DNA of 64,000 bases from Candidatus Babeliales bacterium (GCA_963743635.1 CAVUQO010000003.1:736001-800000); one strand, 5' to 3'; numbered from the stretch's first letter, positions 1 to 12,010 are shown. Notes: a model not told the origin generated them from the letters alone. A program made the numbers and translations.

Positions 1-754
1 TTACATGATGTTAGAAGAAATCGCGCAAGGCTCTTTGGATTTATTTGTGTACGGTGATTATCCATCGACCGATCAATATACGCATCGATTAGTGCCGGCG
101 ATTAACATAACTACTCTGGATGTCAGAACATCATTTGCAGTGCAGGGTGATGTAGTATTAAAGTTTGCATTAACGCGTGATAATTTTTGCTTTGATATCG
201 GCTATGATTTCTGGGCACGGAGCCATGAAAAGCTTAGTTGTCGTTCAGGTTTTGAACAAAATCGTTATGCATTAAAGGGCGATGCACAAGTCTATGGTTT
301 TGATGTTGATAATTCGTACAACGAGCAAGCAATTCCGCTCAGTGCATCGCAACATATGGCAACGATATTTGCAGGCCAAGGCACCGGGAATTTTGAACCC
401 GGGCTGGAATTTGCTAATGCAAATGCCGATAATCCTACTGAAGCATTTGGGCCTAATGGGGTTCTCATGCAGCTGAATAGTGCTGATGCAGCAGCTTTGT
501 ATCTTGCGCAAGAACCGGTGCAAACATCGCAGCCGTCGATTTTTTTATCTGAGTGTGATTTAGATATAGCGTCTGGTTTAGTGCCCACTTCGTTGACGAG
601 TAAAATATTTACGCATGCGGGATACACTTGGTATTCTGACACATGTAATCCGTTTCTTGGTATCGGTGGTGAAGTAGAATGGGCGCATGGATCATGTGAT
701 CGAGGCGGCATTTCGCAGTGGGGCATTTGGTGCAAAATGGGACTTTCTTATTAA
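1..754 (+). CDS. 5'-truncated putative outer-membrane beta-barrel protein, paralog of 837..2597
   Basis: Shares FDIGYxxW, RYAxKGDAQVYGF, PxxGxGGE and SQWGIWxKxG.xY blocks with the next ORF; C-terminal aromatic residue; frame is open to the window edge. Confidence 0.6.
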   Translation, partial: YMMLEEIAQGSLDLFVYGDYPSTDQYTHRLVPAINITTLDVRTSFAVQGDVVLKFALTRDNFCFDIGYDFWARSHEKLSCRSGFEQNRYALKGDAQVYGFDVDNSYNEQAIPLSASQHMATIFAGQGTGNFEPGLEFANANADNPTEAFGPNGVLMQLNSADAAALYLAQEPVQTSQPSIFLSECDLDIASGLVPTSLTSKIFTHAGYTWYSDTCNPFLGIGGEVEWAHGSCDRGGISQWGIWCKMGLSY

Positions 755-836
755 TGATCGTTGGGATTTTGCAAAAATTGGTATATGGTAATGCCAATAA
801 AAAATGCATACAGAGGCATGACGAGGGTAAAGAATT

Positions 837-2597
837 ATGAAGCGATCATCAGTATTAATGACAATTGGGTTAGTAGGTTTAGGACTGTGTAGTAGGTATA
901 CGCACACCCTTGATACGGGCAGAACATTTTATTGTCAGCGATCACAAAGTGTGAATGCGGCGCGTGAATTGGTTGGCTGGTATTGGGGAATTAATCGCTA
1001 CGACGTTGGTTATTATTATGGCAGTTTTTCTGCGGCCGTAGAGTTTACGCGCACCTTCCAAGCACGTCATATCGCGCGGTACTTTTTTGGTACTGATATC
1101 TTGACCTTTACCGGAAGTCGCGTGCCTAATCGTAGCCCCGAAGATATATTGGCAGATTATTTTGGACTGCCAACCGATTTTAGTAGTACTGTACTTTTCG
1201 CACCGGTTGCAGAAAATGCGCTGTGTGATTTTGATTGGTATTGCGGTCTTGATGCGTGGTGCGATGGGTTATATTTCCGTATACATGCACCATTGGTTTA
1301 TACCAAATGGGGCATGCGTCTTGAAGAATGTGCAGAATATTCCGGCGTAAATAATTATCCCGCAGGTTACATGGCGAGTGAATTAATTACGCGCTCGCAA
1401 ATGGCCGCATCAGTCATGCAGGCATTTACGGGTACGGTGTCTTTTGGTGATTATCATGCATTGCGGTATGGTAAAATTGACGGCAATCAGCACAAAGTTG
1501 GGTTGTCTGAAATTCAAGCAGCGCTTGGCTGGAATATGGTTAATAATGATGGCTATCATTTTGGTATTAATGCACGCACCTCATTTCCAACAGGCAATCG
1601 CCCAGAGGGCATTTATCTATTTGAACCAATTATAGGTAATGGCCATCATTGGGAACTTGGTATTGGATTTACCGGACATGCAGTCAGTTTTTACTGCGAG
1701 GATGAATGGATGATCGGCATCTATGGAGACGCAAATATTACCCACTTATTTAATGCAGAGCAACGACGATCATTTGACTTTCTCAAGCATGGCTCAGGAA
1801 GTCGTTACATCTTGATGCAAGAAATGGGGTCTGCGCAAGAAGGGTTTACCGTTGATGATATTCAAGCGCAGTATCAATACCAAGGCGCGATACTTCCGGG
1901 TATCAATCGCACAACACTCGATTGCAAGGTAAGTACAGCGATTCAGCTTGATTTAGCGGTCATGCTTGTGTGGGAACATAATAATATTAACTTTGATATT
2001 GGATACAATTTGTGGGGGCGTACGGCAGAAAAATTAGCGAGTCGTGATTGCTTCCCTGATAATCGTTATGCTTTCAAGGGTGATGCGCAAGTCTATGGCT
2101 TTGTGGTGGATACGAATGAGCCAGTGAGGCTCAATGCAACGCAAAGTACACCACTAGCCGGCGGCGTGATGGGCCGTGTGCGTATAGAATCGGGGCAAGG
2201 CTTAATGGACAATACCAATGCTGCGCAAACGTTTACCAACGAAAATGCGGATAATGCGGCACTTGCGATGTTTGATGGTATGGATCTCAATCAATCATTT
2301 GAACCCGATGGAATTATTAATACGGGATTAGAGCCAGGAGATATTGCACCAGTGAATGGATCAAATCCACCCGTTTTGTTAATGAATAGTGATATTGATG
2401 ATTATTCAGCGCTTTCCGGATCAGCAATGACGAATAAATTCTTTATGCATATTGGCTACACGTTTGCCGACCGCTACTGCGTAGATCCGTATATCGGATT
2501 AGGCGGAGAAATTGAGCTTGATGGCGCGGCAACGCGTATTGCTAAGAACAGCTTCTCTCAATGGGGCATTTGGCTCAAGGGCGGCTTTGCGTATTAA
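837..2597 (+). CDS. Putative outer-membrane beta-barrel protein
   Basis: N-terminal signal peptide, Gly/aromatic-rich alternating segments, C-terminal WLKGGFAY resembling a beta-signal. Confidence 0.6.
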   Translation: MKRSSVLMTIGLVGLGLCSRYTHTLDTGRTFYCQRSQSVNAARELVGWYWGINRYDVGYYYGSFSAAVEFTRTFQARHIARYFFGTDILTFTGSRVPNRSPEDILADYFGLPTDFSSTVLFAPVAENALCDFDWYCGLDAWCDGLYFRIHAPLVYTKWGMRLEECAEYSGVNNYPAGYMASELITRSQMAASVMQAFTGTVSFGDYHALRYGKIDGNQHKVGLSEIQAALGWNMVNNDGYHFGINARTSFPTGNRPEGIYLFEPIIGNGHHWELGIGFTGHAVSFYCEDEWMIGIYGDANITHLFNAEQRRSFDFLKHGSGSRYILMQEMGSAQEGFTVDDIQAQYQYQGAILPGINRTTLDCKVSTAIQLDLAVMLVWEHNNINFDIGYNLWGRTAEKLASRDCFPDNRYAFKGDAQVYGFVVDTNEPVRLNATQSTPLAGGVMGRVRIESGQGLMDNTNAAQTFTNENADNAALAMFDGMDLNQSFEPDGIINTGLEPGDIAPVNGSNPPVLLMNSDIDDYSALSGSAMTNKFFMHIGYTFADRYCVDPYIGLGGEIELDGAATRIAKNSFSQWGIWLKGGFAY

Positions 2598-2610
2598 TGA
2601 ATAAATAACC

Positions 2611-2647
2611 ATGCGCGGATGTAGAAGATTCTTCTACATCCGCGCAT
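2611..2647. terminator. Hairpin between convergent genes, probable terminator
   Basis: atgcgcggatgtagaag-att-cttctacatccgcgcat, perfect 17-bp stem. Confidence 0.7.
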
Positions 2648-2687
2648 TAATTTTATGACACAAAGATCTTTTTAGAGATCCGTGTTT

Positions 2688-3191
2688 TCAATTGCGCGTG
2701 GCTTTTTTTAAACACGATTTTTTAGGCTGAGCACCGAGATTAATCTCTTTGGTCAAAGGTGTATCTTCATAAAATGTGAAAAGAGTATCGCCATTCGATT
2801 TGTATTCTACTTTCACGGGCCTGCCGCGAGGGCTTTGTTGTTTTGCGGGTTTATCATTTTGCTGCATCTGAGCGGTATGAACATTTACAGGAGGTGCCTC
2901 GTGAGCAATAGAAAAAAATGTTTTTTCTTGTTCTACTGTGGGATGAGAAATTGGAGAATTATTATCGAGTTCGAGTTGGGCTTGATGAGTTCTGTATCCA
3001 TTGACTGGCTCATCGCCAGAAACCAATAGATAGGCGCATACCGTGCCCATACCAATAATACTAGCGGTTACCGTTGCTATTATTGGATGATCAGAAATTT
3101 TTTTCCTAGTCCAAGTCCAATCAAGTGGCCCAGCTTGTATCAAGGGTGACGTTGCAAGTAGAAATGCAACCGTGAGTATTTTTAGATTCAT
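2688..3191 (-). CDS. Hypothetical exported/membrane protein
   Basis: 167-aa ORF with signal peptide and one further hydrophobic segment. Confidence 0.7.
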   Translation of the reverse strand: MNLKILTVAFLLATSPLIQAGPLDWTWTRKKISDHPIIATVTASIIGMGTVCAYLLVSGDEPVNGYRTHQAQLELDNNSPISHPTVEQEKTFFSIAHEAPPVNVHTAQMQQNDKPAKQQSPRGRPVKVEYKSNGDTLFTFYEDTPLTKEINLGAQPKKSCLKKATRN

Positions 3192-3341
3192 TTTTTAACC
3201 TTTTTGTTACTTAAAATATGGATTAACATTTCTATTAGAATACCATGTTGGGAATTTTTGTAAAGGAGGTAAGGCATGGAGGGCAACTTCGTTCCTGAAG
3301 TACCCTCTTTTTCCAGATCTAGAATGCTAAAATGGCTGATA

Positions 3342-4706
3342 TTAGTTGCTTTGGATGACGCTTAGTAGGTAATCAGCACCAGGTTTGAGCGTGCGTTCCT
3401 GAGTAGTGAAATCAACCTTATAGATGCCGTAATGCTTATCGTAAGCGCCCCATTCATAGTTATCGAGCAATGCCCAGTGAATATAACTGCGTACATCGCA
3501 ACCATCTTTAATGGCTTGTGAAATAGCATAGAGATAACGTTGAGCCTGTTCGCGGCGCATATCGTTATCATCGGTTCCAATACCATTTTCGGTGATATAG
3601 ATCGGAATGTTGAGTGGGCGTGCCATTTTTTCATTGATCTCTTTTATCGCACGATACATGCCTTCTGGATAGAGCGTGTATTGTGGGTTTTGGGTATGAT
3701 ATTCTTCAGGATGTTTCAATAAGCCAAAGTTTTTCATGTAGGCATGGGAGTAATAATTGAGTGCAACGAAATCGAGCGACTCAGAAGCTTTTTTATTTTC
3801 GTGATATACGTTTACAAGACCTGGTATATACAGCTTAAATACGCCGGTGGTGCAGAAGGTGTATATGCAATCATTAGTAATGTAATTACCCATAGCGGCT
3901 GCTAAATGATCAAGAGGATTGTATGTGTTCCATGGCTCAAGCTGATAAATATTTTTTGAAAAAGTAATTTGAGATGAAGGATTAATTACTTTCATTGATT
4001 GATAAGCCTGTACGTGACCTTCAAGAATATTTTTCAATACCTCTCCCATGATCTGCATATCTTTCTTGCCAGGAGGTACTGTCCCCCTGAGATAGCCTTT
4101 AGTTGCATATGCACTTGGAGAAGTAAACGTTATCCAAAGATAGACGTATGGATGTAAACGTTCAAATACTTTTTGGCAGTAGGATGCATAATGATGCAGA
4201 TTTTGTTCTTTTTCAAAACCACCTTTATTCATGAACCATTGCGGGTCTGTGTAGTGGTGTAGCGTAAGGACTGGTTTAATACCCTGGCGAACGAGTTCCT
4301 TACAGACATCTTCGTAGTGATCCAATGCTGATTCATCGTACACGCCTTCTTGAGGTTCAATTTTGCTCCATGCGGTAGAAAATTTGAATAATGTAGCGCC
4401 GGTTTCTTTCAAGAGAGCTATGTCTGTTTCATAGCGATTCCAATGATCGCACGCATCCCCTGAGCAGTCAGTGACATGGCGCGTTCCATCAGGGAATGAT
4501 TCCTGTTCCCATTGGTACCAACTATCGTTTTCAGTTGCATGGCCCTCGATTTGGTGATGAGAGCTGCTAAAGCCAAATTCAAGCTTTGAAAGGTCGATAT
4601 TTTGGGTATTAATGGTCTCCCAATCCCAGTGAAGGGGAGAAAGAGGTTCGGCTATAGTGAGTTGAGCTGCGCACAGTATCAGTAAAAGAAGATTGTTCTT
4701 ATTCAT
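3342..4706 (-). CDS. Glycoside hydrolase family 1 protein with signal peptide and atypical acid/base motif
   Basis: QIEG, DHWNRY, FSTAWSKIEP, TLHHY, NYY, ITENG (nucleophile) and DNYEW motifs; TFTSP where TFNEP is expected. Confidence 0.9.
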   Translation of the reverse strand: MNKNNLLLLILCAAQLTIAEPLSPLHWDWETINTQNIDLSKLEFGFSSSHHQIEGHATENDSWYQWEQESFPDGTRHVTDCSGDACDHWNRYETDIALLKETGATLFKFSTAWSKIEPQEGVYDESALDHYEDVCKELVRQGIKPVLTLHHYTDPQWFMNKGGFEKEQNLHHYASYCQKVFERLHPYVYLWITFTSPSAYATKGYLRGTVPPGKKDMQIMGEVLKNILEGHVQAYQSMKVINPSSQITFSKNIYQLEPWNTYNPLDHLAAAMGNYITNDCIYTFCTTGVFKLYIPGLVNVYHENKKASESLDFVALNYYSHAYMKNFGLLKHPEEYHTQNPQYTLYPEGMYRAIKEINEKMARPLNIPIYITENGIGTDDNDMRREQAQRYLYAISQAIKDGCDVRSYIHWALLDNYEWGAYDKHYGIYKVDFTTQERTLKPGADYLLSVIQSN

Positions 4707-4932
4707 GAAGGATTCCTCGGGATTTCTATATTTTTTATGATCAGTTATCAGTATAGCAGGGGCGATGCGGGGGTCAAAGGGGGTCTCTGGATGGGTGTTC
4801 TTAGGTTGGGGGCGATGAAATGCACGGTAAAGGAATAGTTAAAAGCAGCTTTTTAGTCCCTTATTCGCGATTTTGTTTCTTTTTGAAGGTATAAAAGAGT
4901 AACGTGTGGTCGTAACATAGAGAGGGGATCCT

Positions 4933-5988
4933 ATGAAGATGACTCGTGTTCTTATGATAAGTATGATGGGTGGGATATCATTAAACTGTTCAACATTCTT
5001 GATTGCAGGGGGAGATGGCGATGAGCAGATGGCTCTAGCAAGTCCCGGTCATAGAACGCGATTCGGTCAATTATTTCATCGATCGTCTTCTAATATGAGC
5101 GCAACATCCTCCTCCGGTTCAAATCATCACAGTGATAGTGGTTTGATTGTTGGCTCACTGGATTCGATTGAGATCGGTGGGTCATCGCCTTCTGCTAGTA
5201 CGAGTAGTAAAATTAAGATTTTAAAAAAATTCTTATCTCGGTCTTCTCGAAGGATGGATGTTTCATCCTCTCCTAGACAGAGTCAATCATTAAGTGGGCC
5301 GGCTGATGCGATATCGGTGTCATATGGAAAGCTTATAGAAAGAGCAGAGCACGCTTTATTAGGTCTTATGAAAGTGGCGCCAGAGATATTCCTTGATGGC
5401 GATAGTGATATAAGAGGACTCAATGAAATTGATGCTTTTCTTGGAAGATTTGAAAGTATTCAACATAAGCTTAATACCTATTGTAAAAGAATAGATCCTA
5501 ATTTTGCAGTATCATATATGAAAACGTTAAGCATTAATTTTGCAAAAGTCAGCAATACGAATGTTAATCCCTGGCATATGTATAAACATCTTGGGGGTAT
5601 ATATACTCATCTTGGTACAACCGTAGAAGATGGCATAAGTTTATCATGCGCAGACTGTAGAACATTGCTTGAACAGCGGCAGCGCAGTCATCCAGAAGAA
5701 GAAGCTTTATTGCGTCAAGTAGAATACCTATTTCGCAATAGCATAGCCAAGCAGGAGTTTGATATCTTGCTACAAGGCGGAGTCCAAGAGCTTCTGAGGT
5801 TAAAAAAAATTAAACCAGAAAAATCTAAGCAGGAAATTGAGCACTACTTATACTTGATAACCTTTACGAATGGCATGAGAGAGGAATTGCTTGAATTCAA
5901 AAGAAATAATCCCACATCTATCAAATCTCCTCTCGTTGTTCATTCGACTCATGATCTCTCAAGCCATGCATTTTCTCTTGATGACTAA
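4933..5988 (+). CDS. Hypothetical protein with Ser-rich N-terminal region, possibly exported
   Basis: 351-aa ORF, GAGGGG ribosome-binding site upstream, hydrophobic N-terminus. Confidence 0.75.
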   Translation: MKMTRVLMISMMGGISLNCSTFLIAGGDGDEQMALASPGHRTRFGQLFHRSSSNMSATSSSGSNHHSDSGLIVGSLDSIEIGGSSPSASTSSKIKILKKFLSRSSRRMDVSSSPRQSQSLSGPADAISVSYGKLIERAEHALLGLMKVAPEIFLDGDSDIRGLNEIDAFLGRFESIQHKLNTYCKRIDPNFAVSYMKTLSINFAKVSNTNVNPWHMYKHLGGIYTHLGTTVEDGISLSCADCRTLLEQRQRSHPEEEALLRQVEYLFRNSIAKQEFDILLQGGVQELLRLKKIKPEKSKQEIEHYLYLITFTNGMREELLEFKRNNPTSIKSPLVVHSTHDLSSHAFSLDD

Positions 5989-6305
5989 AGGTTAAAACGA
6001 ATATCGAGCAAATCGCCACCCCCTCTATGCTTTCAGCTTCTTCGGGCTTGGGATTATTGCATGCGATTGTTCTCATACATTGAATCGAATATCCAAGAGG
6101 TCGCCATCAGCAACGATATAGTCTTGACCTTCGCGGCGAATCTTTCCTAAATCTTTTAATTTAGCTTCGCTGCCAGCTTGGATGAGATCTTTAGCATTGA
6201 ATACTTCAGCGCAAATAAAACCTCGTTCTAAATCTGAGTGAATTTCTCCCGCTGCTTTACGCACCGTCATGCCATTGCGTATTGGTCAGGCGTGAGCTTT
6301 TGGGT
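5985..6305 (-). pseudogene. Orphan duplicate of the ychF 3' end plus downstream sequence
   Basis: Direct repeat of ~8155..8476; last 64 codons match YchF except one I/L; upstream part has TGG->TGA and a frameshift. Confidence 0.9.
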
Positions 6306-6410
6306 ACATGCGGCAATAAATCTTGTGATTTGATGTAGAAATATGGCAGACTGGATAAAAATGCAAGAAGAGAGATATCTTGGATGGATAATCCTAAAAG
6401 GGGATGTGGG

Positions 6411-8096
6411 ATGAAGAAAGTAATAGTGAGTATAATCTTGGTTGTGGGCTTGACAGGGATCTGTGGTTGGCAATTATTGGCTGTGACCATGCGGGTGATT
6501 GGCGTGCCGCGGCCGTCGGCTGTATCAGGGGAAATTGGGTATATTAATGAAACGGTGGATTTGGATGATGAAGATGTCATGACTTTAGAGACATTTTCAG
6601 ATTTAATAGCGCAAAAGCAAAGATTGAATCTTCCCTATGTTATTGCGCGCGTTGAAAATCCTGGTGGCTTTCATCGTTATTATGATGCGGAGGCATTGAA
6701 TCGTCAGTTGTTTGGAGCTCCGCAAGGTACACCATTGACGGATATTTATCGCGTTCCAATAGAGAGGCTTGATTATTTTATTAAGGATCCTGCTCGGAAT
6801 GAATTTAGGTATATGGAATCGTTTCATGTGGCTGAGCTTAGTGCCAAGAGGGCAGCAATGCATACACGTCTTGGTATGATGTATTATAAAGGTGAAGGAG
6901 TTGCTCGAGATTATGCTAGGGCACGTAATTACTTTGAGCAAGTAATAGCCAATGTGGATCAGCCTGTCTATAGCGTGTATGCGCACCGTGTCAATAGGGC
7001 GTATGCACATACACGTCTTGGTGAGATGTACTATAATGGTGAAGGAGTTGATCGAGATTATGCTAGGGCGCGTGGTCACTATGAGCAAGTAATAGCTGAG
7101 AATGTATCTGATCCCAATAGGCCGTTCGATATACGTGTACTAGTTGATGCGAGTGGGTCTGATCCCAATAGGTCGTTAGCGCAGATACGTCTTGGTGAGA
7201 TCTACTATAATGGTTTAGGAGTTGATCGAGATTATGCTAGGGCGCGTGCTTACTATGAGCAAGCAATAGGTAATACTCGTTCGCCTGGTGTCAATAGGGC
7301 GATGGCGCAGGCGCGTCTTGGTGACATCTATTATAAGGGTGAAGGGGTTGCCCGAGATTATGCTAGGGCACGTGCTTACTTTGAGCAATTAATAGCCAAT
7401 GCGGATGCGTCTGCTCGCAATAGGGCGTATGCGCATACACGTCTTGGTGACATGTATTATAAAGGTGAAGGGGTTGCTCGAGATTATGCTAGGGCACGTG
7501 ATTACTATGAGCAAGTAATAGCTAATGCGAATGCGCAGGGTGTCAATAGGGCGTATGCGCATACACGTCTTGGTGACATGTATTATAAAGGTGAAGGAGT
7601 TGCTCGAGATTATGCTAGGGCACGTGATTACTATGAGCAAGTAATAGCCAATGCGAATGCAAGTGGTGCCGATAGGGCGGTAGCGCAGGTACGTCTTGGT
7701 GACATGTATTATAAAGGTGAAGGAATTGCTCAAGATTATGCTAGGGCACGGGATTACTATGAGCAACTAATAGCTAATGCGAATGTAAGTGGTGCCGATA
7801 GGGCGGTAGCGCAGGTACGTCTTGGTGACATGTATTATAAAGGTGAAGGAATTGCTCAAGATTATGCTAGGGCACGTGATTACTATGAGCAAGTAATAGC
7901 TAATGCGAATGCAAGTGGCGCCGATAGGGCGGTAGCGCAGGTACGTCTTGGTGACATGTATTATAATGGTGAAGGAATTGCTCAAGATTATGATAGGGCA
8001 CGTGATTACTATGAGCAAGTAATAGCTAATCCAGACATAACTTCTCAAGACAAGCAGAATGTGCAAATGCGTCTTGATTCAATGGTTCGCGAATAA
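6411..8096 (+). CDS. Secreted Sel1-like repeat protein, 9 repeats
   Basis: Signal peptide MKKVIVSIILVVGL; repeats RLGDMYYKGEGVARDYARARDYYEQ with a 126-bp period in the 3' part. Confidence 0.9.
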   Translation: MKKVIVSIILVVGLTGICGWQLLAVTMRVIGVPRPSAVSGEIGYINETVDLDDEDVMTLETFSDLIAQKQRLNLPYVIARVENPGGFHRYYDAEALNRQLFGAPQGTPLTDIYRVPIERLDYFIKDPARNEFRYMESFHVAELSAKRAAMHTRLGMMYYKGEGVARDYARARNYFEQVIANVDQPVYSVYAHRVNRAYAHTRLGEMYYNGEGVDRDYARARGHYEQVIAENVSDPNRPFDIRVLVDASGSDPNRSLAQIRLGEIYYNGLGVDRDYARARAYYEQAIGNTRSPGVNRAMAQARLGDIYYKGEGVARDYARARAYFEQLIANADASARNRAYAHTRLGDMYYKGEGVARDYARARDYYEQVIANANAQGVNRAYAHTRLGDMYYKGEGVARDYARARDYYEQVIANANASGADRAVAQVRLGDMYYKGEGIAQDYARARDYYEQLIANANVSGADRAVAQVRLGDMYYKGEGIAQDYARARDYYEQVIANANASGADRAVAQVRLGDMYYNGEGIAQDYDRARDYYEQVIANPDITSQDKQNVQMRLDSMVRE

Positions 8097-8108
8097 GTTA
8101 AATTTATG

Positions 8109-8140
8109 GAGGGCTTATCAGAAAATTCTAATAAGCCCTC
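8109..8140. terminator. Probable bidirectional terminator
   Basis: gagggcttatcagaa/ttctaataagccctc inverted repeat between convergent genes. Confidence 0.6.
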
Positions 8141-8241
8141 ATTTTAATAATTCTTTAAACGTTAAAACGAATGTCGAGTAAATCGCCGCCCGTCTACGCT
8201 TTCAGCTTCTTGGGCCTTGGGATTATTGCATGCGATTGTTC

Positions 8242-9357
8242 TCATACATTGAATCGAATATCCAGGAGGTCGCCATCAGCGACGATATAGTCTTGGCCTT
8301 CGCGGCGAATTTTACCTAAATCTTTCAATTTAGCTTCACTGCCGGCTTGGATGATATCTTTAGCGTTGAACACTTCAGCGCAAATAAAGCCTCGCTCTAA
8401 ATCAGAGTGAATTTCTCCTGCTGCTTTGCGGACAGTAGTGCCACCGCGAATTGGCCATGCGTGTGCTTCTTTTGGCCCGCAGGTGAAGAAGGTTATCATG
8501 CCAAGGTGTTTGTATGTGCTGCGAATAATAACATCAAGTGAGCGTTCTTTGAGACCCACAAGCCCCATCATCTCATCCGCATCTTCATGAGAGAGTTGCG
8601 CAAGTTCGCCTTCTAATTTTGCACAGACCGGAATAACGCGGTCAGCGCCAAACTCTTTAACGAGCGCTTGATAATGAGGATTTTTCGCGAGTTCAACGGG
8701 GTCAACTTCATGTTCAGCAACGTTTGCAATAATGAGTGCATTCTTGGTTGCGAGTAACGGTACTGTTTCAATGTTAGGAGAATCGGCCAGAAGCTTTTTG
8801 GCTTTTGCGACGTCTTCTTTATTGAGGGCAGCCATAAGATTATTAAGGAGTTCAAGCTCCTGCTCGAGTTCACGTTTTTCGAGCGGTTTTTGCTGCGAAG
8901 CTTTGATTTGTTTTACGACCTTTTCAATACGCTTTTCAACTGATTCAATATCTTTGAGTAAAAGCTCTGAAACGATAATGCTATAGTCTTCAAGCGGATC
9001 GATCGTTTCGCCCGAATGTAGGATGTCTGGATCTTCAAAGCAGCGCAGTACGTGCAGAATGAGATCGACTTCTCGAATATGGCTTAAAAATTGGTTACCA
9101 AGGCCTTCGCCCGACGCAGCGCCCTTAACGAGTCCTGCAATGTCAACGAATGTAACATTGGCAGGAATAAGTTTTTGCGAACCATAGATCTTGGCAAGGG
9201 CATTGAGGCGTTCGTCTGGAACTTCAGTAATAGCCACATGCGGATCGATAGTGCAAAAAGGGTAGTTTTCTGCAGGGACGGATGATTTGGTCAAGGCGTT
9301 AAAGAGGGTTGATTTACCAACATTGGGAAGCCCAACAAGGCCAGCTTTTATACCCAT
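8242..9357 (-). CDS. ychF: Redox-regulated ATPase YchF
   Basis: GLVGLPNVGKSTLFNALT, NYPFCTIDP, DIAGLVKGA, TGS domain AGEIHSDLERGFI. Confidence 0.97.
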   Translation of the reverse strand: MGIKAGLVGLPNVGKSTLFNALTKSSVPAENYPFCTIDPHVAITEVPDERLNALAKIYGSQKLIPANVTFVDIAGLVKGAASGEGLGNQFLSHIREVDLILHVLRCFEDPDILHSGETIDPLEDYSIIVSELLLKDIESVEKRIEKVVKQIKASQQKPLEKRELEQELELLNNLMAALNKEDVAKAKKLLADSPNIETVPLLATKNALIIANVAEHEVDPVELAKNPHYQALVKEFGADRVIPVCAKLEGELAQLSHEDADEMMGLVGLKERSLDVIIRSTYKHLGMITFFTCGPKEAHAWPIRGGTTVRKAAGEIHSDLERGFICAEVFNAKDIIQAGSEAKLKDLGKIRREGQDYIVADGDLLDIRFNV

Positions 9358-9553
9358 AGGTTATGATCTCATATATAGGAGGGATAGTGATATGTTTTGT
9401 ATTAAGTGTGCGCTAAATTGGGCAATAATGCAATATCTTGAGCGGTTATAGCCAGCGTGGGGATGAGAACCTTGCATTAAAGGATGAAGGTATGCTACAC
9501 AAAAAGGGTATATGAGAGTATCTCTATTTAACCGCAAATATTAGGAGCGTGTT

Positions 9554-9784
9554 ATGGAAAAATCGTCAACAATGCATTTAATCGGTAAAGCTGCTTGGCT
9601 TTTAACAGCACTTGCATCAATCCATGTTGGGGCAGTTGCATTATTTGGTTCCCAATATAATTTACTGCAATATTTACCTCAATATTTGCCAGAAATGCTT
9701 GTAAGCGCCGTGTACGCTTTATATCTCATAGCGGGTGTTTATAGCCTTGTTATGCTATTTATGCCATGTGGTTGCTGCGAATAG
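9554..9784 (+). CDS. Small two-TM membrane protein (DUF378-like)
   Basis: AGGAG RBS; two hydrophobic helices; paralogous to the next ORF. Confidence 0.65.
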   Translation: MEKSSTMHLIGKAAWLLTALASIHVGAVALFGSQYNLLQYLPQYLPEMLVSAVYALYLIAGVYSLVMLFMPCGCCE

Positions 9785-9813
9785 TCTACAACCAAAGGAT
9801 GTAGGAAGGTATT

Positions 9814-10035
9814 ATGGAAGTCAAAAGAAGGTTTGATGAGCTTGCTTGGTTGTTTACTGCAAGTGCTTCAATACAGTATGGAGTTAAACAATTGCAGCAA
9901 TATACAATGCCTAATCTTCGACCAGAAAATCTAGGTTTTTCAGACTACTTCAATATGTTTTTCTATGGCATGTATATCGTGCTCGGAGTCTACAGTTTGA
10001 TTAGTTTGCTGATAAAGCAGATTCTAAGATCCTAG
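9814..10035 (+). CDS. Small membrane protein, tandem paralog of 9554..9784
   Basis: AWLFTASASI vs AWLLTALASI; shared GVYSL motif. Confidence 0.65.
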   Translation: MEVKRRFDELAWLFTASASIQYGVKQLQQYTMPNLRPENLGFSDYFNMFFYGMYIVLGVYSLISLLIKQILRS

Positions 10036-10062
10036 GTCTTTATGGCTACCTAACGTCTTCCG

Positions 10063-10134
10063 TTCGAGTAATTAAATAAGTAAGGCGGGCTCAGTATATA
10101 CACTGAGCCCGCCTTACTTATTTAATTACTCGAA
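10063..10134. terminator. Perfect 33-bp-stem hairpin abutting the dnaK stop codon
   Basis: ttcgagtaattaaataagtaaggcgggctcagt-atatac-exact reverse complement. Confidence 0.75.

Positions 10135-12010
<1,876 letters not shown>

Noticed and set aside
6073..6270. Independent small TGS-domain gene
   Set aside because: ychF homology continues upstream of the ATG through a stop and a frameshift, so it is a fragment.
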